From: an uncultured Verrucomicrobiales bacterium
GTDB lineage: Bacteria; Verrucomicrobiota; Verrucomicrobiia; Verrucomicrobiales; DEV007
Direction of reading: 5' to 3'
Assembly (NCBI GenBank): GCA_938091905.1
Contig: CALKOM010000022.1
Span: 1-64,000 of the forward strand
DNA length: 64,000 bases
In this document: positions 1-9,738 of the stretch, piece after piece
Numbering within the stretch: position 1 is the stretch's first letter
Layout of the letters: every line of letters begins with the position of its first letter
Translations under genes and position numbers: made by a program
Notes under the pieces: model-generated
Told to the model about the DNA's origin: nothing
Databases searched by the model: none
The model's input: the letters and a program-made list of their open reading frames with translations, nothing else

Positions 1-190
1 AGTGTACCTCCGGCGGCCCTGGTCTCGCCCCAGGGAGGACGCCATCAAAGCACATCTGAAGGGAGCCCTCCCATCACTCGAACCCAAACGACAAACACAG
101 CGTTTTCCAGCATTGACTCAAAGACAACGCAAGCCCTACAAATGCCTCATGACTCTAGTTTCTAACTGTCCACTACCTGGGGTCAGGTCA
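1..190 (+). mobile_element. Probable right end of an IS3-family insertion sequence (truncated by window start)
   Basis: 165-190 reads ACTGTCCACTACCTGGGGTCAGGTCA; its reverse complement TGACCTGACCCCAGGTAGTGGACAGT has the 5'-TG...CA-3' IS3-type terminal-repeat pattern. A frame-1 reading frame stops (TAA 163-165) at the repeat. No transposase catalytic motif is visible in the window. Confidence 0.55.
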
Positions 191-605
191 CTTTGATTCG
201 TAAGATGATGACACAGCTGCGATCGCGGCCTCAATTTGGGCTTTGATTGTCAAGACAAGTCAAGTCATTCGGCCAGGGACGACCCGTCACTGAAAGCTCT
301 GTTTATCAGAATAAAAGAAACGAGAAATAAGGTCACTAAGAGAGAAGAAACTTTTATAGGAAGACCGTGCAAGCCTGCATTCTAGCTCGGAAGACCAAGG
401 TGGCACTACTAAAAGGCACTCGTCTCATCAGTCTGTGACCCTTGAGACGTCTTGTTCAGCTTTTCAGGCAAGAGGACAAAGTCTATAATCCTGCCTAAAT
501 ACTAACCGCATGATCACTCTATCAGCCATCTTGGGCGCTGAAACAGTGAGCTTACCCGCAAATAATCTACACCTCTCAGAATGCACTTGGACTAACAACG
601 ATAGA

Positions 606-1829
606 TTATTCGGATTCCAGGACTTCAAAACTCAGCCCAGCATGAGCCTGCAACCGTTTGAGCAATCGGTCACCGAGAGCTGTAGCAGGTGTCCAGAAAC
701 CTCCGCCCAGAGCGGACTTCGGGATATCCATGGCGAGACACGCGCCGGCCTCTCCTAACATTCTCGCTGTTGACCCGTAACCTGGATCGCGATCTCCTAC
801 GACTCTTGAACGCAAGCGGTACCCAGCAGTGGTGGTGCCGAGAAAGTGGAGGTCAAAGAATCCGGACTGCTGCGCCTGCTGGCTAGGCCCGTGTCCAGGT
901 GCGGGCAGTGCAAACCTCGTGAGCAGCCAGCGCGTCGGCGGGAAAGCAGCACCGACCATGAACGCTCCTAGCCCAGTCGTTATCCCAAGCGCCGTCAGTC
1001 GCCCCCTAATACTGCACCCCGTAAGCGTCGCTTCGTCATAGCGAAAATCCATGCCGTAGGGATGCGCTTGCAGTGTGTTAGATCGATGCACAACGGGCGT
1101 GTTGACCGCCGCCATCACGAAGGGCGCGCACCAGGCTTCGAAGTCAGCATCCCAGCTCGGTGCCGATACCGTCGACTGCAGGACAGGCTCGATAGATTCT
1201 GGGTCACACAGTAAGTAGGGATTGCTCAGCTGTTTCCTCAGGGCAGGATCGGCTGCAGCCTGCTTGATCACATTAAGCAGGCTAGCCACCGTGCCTCCAG
1301 AGACTCCACCTCGCATCGCTTTGACCCGCATCTTCACCGAAGTGCATGGCTGGCCAAAGCGCCTAACAGCCTCCTGCTGTAGGAAAGCCACTCCGAGATC
1401 GGACGGAATGGAGTCGAACCCGCAGCAGTGAACCAAGCGGGCACCACTCGCGCGCGCTGCCGACTGGTAGCGATCGATCATCTGGCGGATCCAGAGCACC
1501 TCACCAGTCAGGTCGCAATAGTCGGTGCCGGTCTGCGCGCACACCTTGATCAGCGTCCCGCCATTAAGGGTGTATGGCCCTACGGTGGAAATGACGACGC
1601 GGGCGCGAGCACACATCGCCCGCAGAGCAGGCTCATCGTCAGCGTCCGCCACTAACAGCTCAAGCCGTGCGGCTCCCGGACCGAGTTTGTCGCGCAGCGT
1701 TTCGAGTTTCGCCTGCGACCGGGCAGCAGCGGCCCACTTTAGAGAACCAGTCGTGCCATGTCGGTCACCTAGATAGCGACACAGAATCTGACCGACAAAA
1801 CTGGTGGCTCCGAAAACCAGAACGTCCAA
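606..1829 (-). CDS. Saccharopine dehydrogenase-like NAD(P)-binding oxidoreductase (putative trans-acting enoyl reductase family)
   Basis: N-terminal GATSFVG Rossmann motif; STVGPY, YCDLTGE, CCGFDSIPSDLG, SGGT and GDRDPGYGST motifs typical of this family. Confidence 0.85.
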   Translation of the reverse strand: MDVLVFGATSFVGQILCRYLGDRHGTTGSLKWAAAARSQAKLETLRDKLGPGAARLELLVADADDEPALRAMCARARVVISTVGPYTLNGGTLIKVCAQTGTDYCDLTGEVLWIRQMIDRYQSAARASGARLVHCCGFDSIPSDLGVAFLQQEAVRRFGQPCTSVKMRVKAMRGGVSGGTVASLLNVIKQAAADPALRKQLSNPYLLCDPESIEPVLQSTVSAPSWDADFEAWCAPFVMAAVNTPVVHRSNTLQAHPYGMDFRYDEATLTGCSIRGRLTALGITTGLGAFMVGAAFPPTRWLLTRFALPAPGHGPSQQAQQSGFFDLHFLGTTTAGYRLRSRVVGDRDPGYGSTARMLGEAGACLAMDIPKSALGGGFWTPATALGDRLLKRLQAHAGLSFEVLESE

Positions 1830-1840
1830 TTCGGGAGCCT

Positions 1841-2707
1841 TTATACGCCTTCTTCGCTCCCTTGCTGTTGGTTCATTTTTTTAACCATCCGTTGGCCGTA
1901 GGCATGCATGAGACTGGGAAAATAGCGCTGAATCATCCACAATACCTTGGCGTGCCCAGTCACCGGAATGACGGCCTTGTTTCTCGCCACGCCTTGCAGC
2001 GCTTTGAGGGCACACTCTTCTGATGTCATTGCCATCTTGAGTATCCACGCCGTCAACTTTTCGTCCGGAGGTGGTCCAACCGTCTTGCTCTCGAGGATCG
2101 GCGTCTTGATAAATCCCGGGCACACAACACTAACCTTAACCCCGTGTGCGACCGCCTCGGCACGAAGCGAGGTCGATAGCCCGACAACCGCGTGCTTTGA
2201 GGCGCAATAGGCAACGATACCCAATGCTGGAACCAGGCCAGAAACGCTAGCCATATTCACGATGTGCCCGTGGCCCTGCCCTATCATCACGGCATAGGCG
2301 GCGGCCGAGCCAGCGAATACCCCGTTCACGTTGACGTCGAGAACCCGTTTCCAATCGGCAGTTGAGTGGTAACGAAACTCGCCGAGGACAGCAATGCCCG
2401 CATTGTTGAACATGTAGTCGAGGTGCCCTTCTTCGTCGGCAATACGTCTAACAAAGCTTTCAACAGCACTGCTGTCGGTAACGTCAAGATAATGCGCCGA
2501 AGCTCTGCCACCTGACCTACAGATCTCCTCCGTAACGTTCATGACAGCATCATGCTGAACATCGGCCAGCATAACGTTGGCACCGTGGTTGGCTAAACGG
2601 CGCGCCAAGGCTCGACCGATGCCAGACGCTCCACCGGTTACCACAGCAACCTTGTTGTTGAATCTACTCACGGGGCGAAGTCTAACGGGGATTTCAGTGT
2701 TTACCAT
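1841..2707 (-). CDS. Short-chain dehydrogenase/reductase (SDR)
   Basis: TGGASGIG, NNAG and catalytic YCASK motifs. Start uncertain: ATG 2707 overlapping the upstream gene, or GTG 2671. Confidence 0.9.
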   Translation of the reverse strand: MVNTEIPVRLRPVSRFNNKVAVVTGGASGIGRALARRLANHGANVMLADVQHDAVMNVTEEICRSGGRASAHYLDVTDSSAVESFVRRIADEEGHLDYMFNNAGIAVLGEFRYHSTADWKRVLDVNVNGVFAGSAAAYAVMIGQGHGHIVNMASVSGLVPALGIVAYCASKHAVVGLSTSLRAEAVAHGVKVSVVCPGFIKTPILESKTVGPPPDEKLTAWILKMAMTSEECALKALQGVARNKAVIPVTGHAKVLWMIQRYFPSLMHAYGQRMVKKMNQQQGSEEGV

Positions 2708-4205
2708 CCGCATTCGACTTCGTAAACGCCACGGATCTGATGGCGGGGACAATCTCGAAGTGTTTTAGGTTCAGCTTTCGATGTTGCCACTTAAACGTGC
2801 GGGCACTGTAAGGATAGAGCGTCGGGATTTCTCCACTTGGACGCTTGTACCAACTGTTGCAGCTGGCAGCCCAGACAGTCTCACGCAGATCGCGCTGAAT
2901 GTGTTTGTTGTAATCGGTATGAGCCTGTTCAGTCACCGACATCAGTTGATCATTCCCAGCAATTTCAATGCATTGCATAATCAGCTCCAAAGCGGCTTCA
3001 ATCATATACAAGATCGATGTCGAACCGACGCCAGTGTTAGGGCCGGTGACCATGAAAAGATTGGGAAAGCCCGGCACAAAAGTACCGCGGTAGGCAGCAG
3101 GCAGATCCTTCCAACGCTTCTTCAAACTGATGCCACCCGGCCCAATTATCGGAATCTTGTCCAACCAAGTATCGAGATTGTAACCGGTGGCATAGATAAT
3201 CACATCAGCAGTATGGTGGCGATTGTCGGCTGTCGTGATACCGCTGGAATCGATGTGATCGATAGCGGACGTGGTTAATGCCACGTGTTCCAAATTCAAC
3301 GTCTGATAGAAATGATCAGAAAGGAGCACGCGTTTACAGCCCATTGGGTAATTGGGGATCAGTCGTTCATGCAAGGAAGTATCGTCGACAGTCGAACGTA
3401 TGTAGTTTTTCACCAAGGCCTCGCCTTTGCGGCGGACGAGATTGTCATCCTTTGTCTTCACGATTTGGAAGTTCACCAGTTCGCTGCGGGCGAAGATGTA
3501 GTGGCGGTAGAGACGCTGGAACCATCCCCATCTTGCAAAACGAGACTTTTCCTTGGGCGAATAGTCACCATCGTTGCGAGGCAATATCCAGTTGGGAGTG
3601 CGCTGGAAAACCGATAGGTGTCGGGCAATCTTGGCCACCTCCGGGACAATCTGGATCGCGCTGGCAGCACTCCCGATGACCGCGACCTTCTTGTCCTTCA
3701 AATCGACATGGTCATCCCAACGAGCGGTATGCATGGCGTCCCCTCGGAATTGATTCATCCCTGGAATATTCGGGTACATGGGGTGATGCAGCCCGCCAGT
3801 CGCGACGATCACTTGGTGCGCGCATACACTACTGGCGTCAGCGAAGTGAAGCTTCCAATGCGAACTCACCTCATCAAACTCAATGGATACCACTTCGGTT
3901 CCCAATCGTAGAGACGGCGAGACGTTGTATTTATCGACACAGTGTTCGATGTAGGCGCGAATCTCCTCCTGCGGGGAATACACCCGCGACCAATTCGGGT
4001 TCGGCTCGAACGAGTAACAGTACAAGTGGGACGAGACATCGCACGCGGCACCGGGATAAGTGGTGTGATACCAGGTGCCACCGACGCCGCTGGCTTTGTC
4101 GAAGAGGCGGAAATTCGTGATCCCTTGTTCCAATAATCGAATGGCCGCTCCGACGCCGCTGAAGCCAGCGCCGATAATGGCGACATTCAATGGTTGCTGC
4201 ATCAC
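2694..4205 (-). CDS. Flavin-containing Baeyer-Villiger-type monooxygenase
   Basis: GAGFSG FAD motif, GGTWYHTTYPGAACD, BVMO fingerprint FRGDAMHTARWD (FxGxxxHxxxWD), second Rossmann GSAASA, ATGY. Confidence 0.9.
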   Translation of the reverse strand: MMQQPLNVAIIGAGFSGVGAAIRLLEQGITNFRLFDKASGVGGTWYHTTYPGAACDVSSHLYCYSFEPNPNWSRVYSPQEEIRAYIEHCVDKYNVSPSLRLGTEVVSIEFDEVSSHWKLHFADASSVCAHQVIVATGGLHHPMYPNIPGMNQFRGDAMHTARWDDHVDLKDKKVAVIGSAASAIQIVPEVAKIARHLSVFQRTPNWILPRNDGDYSPKEKSRFARWGWFQRLYRHYIFARSELVNFQIVKTKDDNLVRRKGEALVKNYIRSTVDDTSLHERLIPNYPMGCKRVLLSDHFYQTLNLEHVALTTSAIDHIDSSGITTADNRHHTADVIIYATGYNLDTWLDKIPIIGPGGISLKKRWKDLPAAYRGTFVPGFPNLFMVTGPNTGVGSTSILYMIEAALELIMQCIEIAGNDQLMSVTEQAHTDYNKHIQRDLRETVWAASCNSWYKRPSGEIPTLYPYSARTFKWQHRKLNLKHFEIVPAIRSVAFTKSNADGKH

Positions 4206-4560
4206 TCGGCTTAATCGCTTTCTGCGCGACGATGGCGTGCCGCACGAGATCTGTAAAGTTCGAGTCTCAGAGTTTCACACACCAATCAACCTAGCAATCC
4301 GGCTACCCAGCTATTTCGGCAGTCGTCGCAGAATAAAGTGACTTGATGAAGCAAGTCGCCGGTCTCGATCGAAATCAAATTAAACAAAAGACCAAAAACG
4401 AAACCGACCTTACAAACACGTGAATACTCGAAACCGTTCCAAACCCGCAGAGGGACCTCATTGGAATACCGCCCTCTACTAAGAAGCGCTATCCTGAAGG
4501 TTGCCAGGCTTCCGCTTCAGATCGCCAGCATGAGTGTAAATTGGCGCTTTCTTCAAACAA

Positions 4561-5937
4561 TCATTCCCGCCCTTCCTCTTTCAACTCATTCAAGAGGGCA
4601 ATAGCTTTATCGACGACTCGCTCGCCGGTTCCGGGCTCCGCGTAACTGTGGAATCCGGTCCAAACCTGATAGCCACCGAGTTCGTGGGCGTCTTTGTCAG
4701 GAAGATAGCCAATCCAATCATTGGCAAGTTCAGCCACATAGGTGTGACGATACGGAGAGCGATTCTTGATATCGACGCCGAGTTTGGTGAAAAACTCTGC
4801 AGGCACACCAACCATGGCCACATCACCAATGACCATGGCGTGCACCCAGGTCTCGCGTTCTTCACCTTGCATGCTCGCGAGCTGCTGTCGCATCCGTCGG
4901 AAGATGGGAACGAAATTGTCCGCCGATTCGCCAACCCATTTACGGCAATACGTGCTAACCGCAGCCTCTTCAGCAGCTTCATCAAAGGTACGCACTCTAT
5001 ATTTGAACGACTCTTTGCGAGAGGCAAGTCGCTTCACCGGTCGACGTTCGGCCTTCGTCAGGGCTTCTTTGACTGCCGACGCGATTCGATCCGTAGCTTC
5101 GGCACAAGAAAGAGTAAGGTTGTGCGTGGAACCAGAAGCTCCTTCGACAAAGCTAAAGACGCCTCCTAAATCTTTCTCGAGGCGCTGGCCAGCCAATCCA
5201 TAGAACGAAGGCGATCTCACGCCAGGCTTAATCGTCCCTATGGTATGCGTCGAATGATTGAATAAGACCGCCTGTAGGACCCCGAGGCCTTCGTCAGAAG
5301 GTTCGCTGAACGCGAGGACGGGAAGCTCCGGATCAAACGGTCCCGTGGACCTGACAAACTCTCGGCGACCGATCCAATAAATACTCCCATCGGGGAGCAA
5401 CTGGCGGCTGTTCTGGCCGATAGTGGCTTCACGCCCAAGATGAAAGTGAAAGTCACATTCATTCGCTGATAGCTTGGCGTGGGCTTTCTTGACGGCGGAA
5501 ACGATTCCCTTCTGGACACGCATGGTAAAGCCAAGATCAGCAGCATACCCATGGACCTGCATAGTGCTCGGCGCGTGGTGCGTGTGGGTACAATTAATGA
5601 GAATGTTAGAAAAAGGGATTTCCGTTTCGTCTTCGATCTCCTTGGCCGCAACGTCGAGAACATCGCGGGTGATCATGAGGATATCGAGAGTGACGATCGC
5701 CAGCGTGACATCTTCCTTTTCCAGCACGATGGCGATGGCCCGTAGTTCCCCTTCCTGTCCTTGAGCGACACCTGGATGAATACCACCCGCAACGGGCATG
5801 TGATCGTTAGCTTTCAGGTTGACCGCAGCGGCTCCCACGCGCACACCGTCACCAGCCTGAAGTAACTGAGGAATAACTATCAGAAGCCCGAAAAGCAGAC
5901 ACAGCTTCCAGATACTGTTCAGGAATGTCGTTCGCAT
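4561..5937 (-). CDS. Secreted neutral/alkaline ceramidase-like metallo-hydrolase
   Basis: Signal-peptide-like N-terminus; CTHTHHAP metal motif; GPFDPEL, PAEFF and ANDWIGYLP...GGY C-terminal motifs. Confidence 0.7.
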   Translation of the reverse strand: MRTTFLNSIWKLCLLFGLLIVIPQLLQAGDGVRVGAAAVNLKANDHMPVAGGIHPGVAQGQEGELRAIAIVLEKEDVTLAIVTLDILMITRDVLDVAAKEIEDETEIPFSNILINCTHTHHAPSTMQVHGYAADLGFTMRVQKGIVSAVKKAHAKLSANECDFHFHLGREATIGQNSRQLLPDGSIYWIGRREFVRSTGPFDPELPVLAFSEPSDEGLGVLQAVLFNHSTHTIGTIKPGVRSPSFYGLAGQRLEKDLGGVFSFVEGASGSTHNLTLSCAEATDRIASAVKEALTKAERRPVKRLASRKESFKYRVRTFDEAAEEAAVSTYCRKWVGESADNFVPIFRRMRQQLASMQGEERETWVHAMVIGDVAMVGVPAEFFTKLGVDIKNRSPYRHTYVAELANDWIGYLPDKDAHELGGYQVWTGFHSYAEPGTGERVVDKAIALLNELKEEGRE

Positions 5938-6033
5938 GGAGCCATGCTGATGCGTATGGTGAGAAATAGGAAGCGTTATCGCCAGACAGTGCCAACTCTG
6001 CTCACTGTATTACCTCTCAAGATCACCCACATT

Positions 6034-6419
6034 CTAGAGGCGGCGAAGATCTAGAAACTGCAGCACGGCAAAGACAAGGACGATGTCTGCATTGGCGATG
6101 AACATTCAATTTTTCCCAGCCAAAAGAAGACCGAGCGATATGATCAGAATGCTCCCGATAACCCAAGCAAGGTCAAGACCAACGGCGATGGAAGCTTTCA
6201 ACGCATTCACCGTCTCGAGAATCGAGGCGGCCAACAGTCCAATCGCGAAAACAATCAACGAAAGGCCGATTCCAAGAATCACGATGGATTGCGAGAAGCC
6301 TGCGAAGGACGCAATGGACTGATGGGCGACCGCGAAGGTAAGACCTGAACAAAAGAGAAGACGGTATTTCTTTTTAAGCTCAAGCAAAGCAGGATAGTGT
6401 TTGTATTTGAAGTATTCAT
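6034..6419 (-). pseudogene. Decayed small integral membrane protein gene
   Basis: ATG 6419 gives MNTSNTNTILLCLSLKRNTVFS, then a frameshift into FCSGLTF...DLAWVIGS. After an internal TGA at 6106-6108 the hydrophobic frame continues MFIANADIVLVFAVLQFLDLRRL to TAG 6034. Confidence 0.6.
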
Positions 6420-6461
6420 GCAACTTCGTGTGATGATGTTATTAAGGAGAGTATTAGAAAT

Positions 6462-7105
6462 TTAGGTCGCGATGGTGTCCAATCGATTGGCAATGGCCGT
6501 TCTCGTTAGGGTGAAGGCCCGGGAGTCATCCAGAAGTTGCTAAACTCCATTCGCCTCTTGGACGAATGCAAGGAATTCGAAGACAAGCTGCCTAGCACTC
6601 ACGTCCTGAGACAGCTCGTTCCGCTCTTACGCTTGCCGCGTCTCGTCTTCCAACGCATTGATTTACCGCTTTGTTAGAGAAGCAATCTGCTCGCGGACCA
6701 GTCCAGGTCGACCATCGAATTCGGTGGAAGCTGCGGCAAAGAAGCCCCCCTTCGAAACACATTGCTTCCCGCGTAGGTGAACCAGAGTTCGACCATGACT
6801 CTCAATCGTTTGATTCCTGCCTCAATCTTCGAGGCAGGTTCCACGATCGCCTCGATAAAGATGTCGCAGGCCGTATCGATGGTCGCCAACAGGAGATCCA
6901 CCTTCGCCCCAAAGTGGGCGAAAAGGCGGCACTTGCTCATCGAGACCTCCTTCGCAAGCCGAGCAATCGTCAGTCCTTCCGGACCTTCCGCCGAGGCGAT
7001 GTTGTTGGTCTGCTTGAGGATCCCGCGGCGCGTCCGCCCCCCAACGGTCTCTCGGGCCTTGGGACCACCAAGTTTCGTTGGACCGTTCACCGCCCATAAA
7101 AGCAT
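6462..7105 (-). pseudogene. TetR-family transcriptional regulator pseudogene
   Basis: HTH region EGLTIARLAKEVSMSKCRLFAHFGAK. Frameshift near 6750 into GGFFAAASTEFDGRPGLVRE, then three in-frame stops (TAA, TAA, TAG) before the C-terminus ...AIANRLDTIAT* at 6462. Confidence 0.8.
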
Positions 7106-7248
7106 GAGCGTTCGTTTTAATTAAACGCTATTTCAACTCGAATCAGATCATGCAAAGACCTGACAGGAGGCTTCAACGTGCCCAACCTTTGATACCTTCG
7201 TTCCCTCCTGTTCAACCCCACTACCAATCCTCTGATTGGTAACTTCGC

Positions 7249-8682
7249 CTAGCCGAAGATCTCGGTCAGCGGACTACCACTATCGACAATAGGCATAGGG
7301 CGGCCTTCGCGATTGGGAAGAAACAAATCGGGATCGATGCCTAAAGCCCAGTAGATCGTCTTAGCCAAGTCCTCAGGGCTCACGGGATTCTCGGTTGGAT
7401 ACGCGGCATGGTCGTCCGTCTTGCCGTAAACAATGCCTCCTCGGACTCCGGCACCAGCAATGAGACAAGGGAAACAGGTGCTCCAATGTCCGCGGCCCCA
7501 GTTGGGTTCACCCTTCGGCGTGCGCCCCATCTCGCCCATGGCAACGACCAAGGTTTCGTCTAACAAACCACGCTCGTCTAGATCTTCTAAAAGCGCAGCA
7601 CAGCCCTGATCAAAAGTCGGCAACAAGTGCTTCTGCACGTCGTCGCTGTTGCGATGTGAGTCCCAACTGTAGCCGTCTACGCAATCATAGTGCACGGTCG
7701 TGAAGCGCACACCAGCCTCGACCAAACGACGCGCCATGAGGCACGATTGCCCAAATAGATGTCGCCCGTAGCGGTCACGTAGCTTTGGCGATTCGCGATC
7801 GATTTGGAACGCATTGCCTGCTTTGTCTGAGGATACCAGTGCTAGGGCACGCTGCCGATTGCGATCCAGGGTATCCGCTTGTCCTGAATCTAATTTTCGC
7901 TGTAAGGCTTCAAACTGATCTAGCAGGGAACTGCGCGTCTGAATGCGTCCGATATCCAACTCAGGGGACAAGCCCTCGATCTTAAAGGTTAATTCGTCAT
8001 CGGTGCAATCGCGCCAATACGGATTGTCATCAGCATCGCGTTTATTGATCGCTGTCGTGAGTGGATTGTAGGCATTTCCTAACCAACCTCCAAATTGACC
8101 GGGACGCCGGTACTGCCCCTGATCTTGCAGGCGGCCTAACCAATTGGGGAGTGCTGCGTAAGCGGGCATCGGAGCTCCTCGATTCGCCTTGTTCTGTTGG
8201 CTAAGGTATTCAACGACCGATCCCATAGACGGCCAATCCTGCGGCGTGGCCACGAAGCCACCACCGATGGGGATCTGCCAACGCTTACCCGTTTGGATGT
8301 AGTGAGCAGCGCCGCTGTGATCGTTGTAATCGTGGGTCATGCTACGGATGACCGCAAACTTGTCAGAGATCTTGGCCAGGCGATGCAGATGGTCGCTAAT
8401 CAGGAGATCGGGTGTACGGCAAGCAATTGGCTTAAACGGTCCGCGAATCTCTTGCGGCGCTTCCGGTTTCATGTCGAACGTTTCAAGCTGACTCGGACCA
8501 CCAAAGAGAAACATGAAGATCACAGACTTGGCCTTGGCGCCAGCAAACGGCGTTTGAGCTTGCTCCGCAGCAAGGAGTCCTGGCAAATTCAATCCTAACA
8601 AACCAGCGCCGCCGACCTGTAGAAGCTCGCGCCGCGAGATGCCAGCACAGGATCGCTTTGGAAGGCCATTTACCGTGATCAT
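7249..8682 (-). CDS. DUF1501 domain protein (PVC-typical)
   Basis: SRRELLQVG leader, FLFGGPSQLETFDMKP, CLMARRLVEAGVRF, WDSH and GEMGRTP...GRGHW motifs. Start taken at ATG 8682. Confidence 0.9.
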   Translation of the reverse strand: MITVNGLPKRSCAGISRRELLQVGGAGLLGLNLPGLLAAEQAQTPFAGAKAKSVIFMFLFGGPSQLETFDMKPEAPQEIRGPFKPIACRTPDLLISDHLHRLAKISDKFAVIRSMTHDYNDHSGAAHYIQTGKRWQIPIGGGFVATPQDWPSMGSVVEYLSQQNKANRGAPMPAYAALPNWLGRLQDQGQYRRPGQFGGWLGNAYNPLTTAINKRDADDNPYWRDCTDDELTFKIEGLSPELDIGRIQTRSSLLDQFEALQRKLDSGQADTLDRNRQRALALVSSDKAGNAFQIDRESPKLRDRYGRHLFGQSCLMARRLVEAGVRFTTVHYDCVDGYSWDSHRNSDDVQKHLLPTFDQGCAALLEDLDERGLLDETLVVAMGEMGRTPKGEPNWGRGHWSTCFPCLIAGAGVRGGIVYGKTDDHAAYPTENPVSPEDLAKTIYWALGIDPDLFLPNREGRPMPIVDSGSPLTEIFG

Positions 8683-9477
8683 AGTAGAAAGATGATGCCA
8701 CGAAAGACCAATCAATCAAGATATCCTGCAACCTGGCAGTTTCTATGCCGACGCCGCCAGGCTATCGATGCCCTGAAGCGCATCTGAGGAGCAGACGATC
8801 CACGGGTGGCACAAACCGCCATCGCTGTCATGTCGAACGATCAGCCACCTCACTCTTCAGGAAAGCTGCCACCCACTTCGTAAGCCATTACCTGGATCTC
8901 TGAAGAGACGACCTTGCTCTATGAGTTGGCGTCACAGGTCCGCTAGTAAGCGCATGCTCTCGTTCCTTGATCATATTAACAGCATGGTGATTTGACGACT
9001 CCATATGATCACCAAAGCGAAAGCGTGGTGTCGTCCATAACATTCCCGTCAATCTGTATGGAGAATTCCTAGAGATGGGCCCTTTCCAGTTCCGCGGTCT
9101 TACCAAGGCTCTGAACTTGCTCCTCTAACAACTAATATCGCTCCTATGCGGCCTTCTACGGGATATGACCAACACCACTTTGGCTAGGCCTGGCAGGACG
9201 ACTAACATCATGGAAAGGGCGTTTGTCTCAAGGAAGCCGCTTCCAACACAATGATGCTGGGCCTGGCGAAAGAGCCCGCTGCGGCAACTGCTCAAAGTCG
9301 CCAAGGCTCGCTTTTACAGGGCTTACGCATGAAGGATATGGACGCCAAAACGAGGGGTTTCGGGTATTTCTGAACTCCTGGTAATGCCCATTCAATGCAC
9401 TTTCTGATAATTTCCATACTAGAGAAGTGCCATCAAATATACCTGCTCAGTTCTTGCGTAAGCCCGGTCGCCTTTAG

Positions 9478-9640
9478 CCTAAAAACGGCAACGGGACCCC
9501 TGAAATACTAGTAAAGCGTTGATTTTCAACGATTCTCGATTGCTCGGCAATGAACCCTGAGGATGACAACTACCTGGTGCTCAGGGGCCTGCAAATCAAG
9601 GGTGGCGCGCTGTTGCGCTGATTCCATCGCAGTTTTTAGG
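9478..9640. mobile_element. 163-bp MITE-like non-autonomous IS derivative
   Basis: Terminal inverted repeats CCTAAAAACGGCAACGGGA (9478-9496) and the reverse complement of 9622-9640 (CCTAAAAACTGCGATGGAA) match at 15/19. Flanked on both sides by direct repeat TTTAG (9473-9477, 9641-9645). Confidence 0.75.
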
Positions 9641-9738
9641 TTTAGCACCCAAACGCTCTCGTAAATGAGATTTAGATTCTATAAAAGATGCAAATACGGC
9701 TGTTCGCCATAAATAATTCTAAGTTTATCATAATATTC

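Noticed and set aside
8716..9470. 750-bp non-coding stretch; fragment WRKSPLRQLLKVAKAR near 9265-9310 vaguely resembles a transposase
   Set aside because: Too short and degenerate to support a call; no RNA gene or repeat array recognised.
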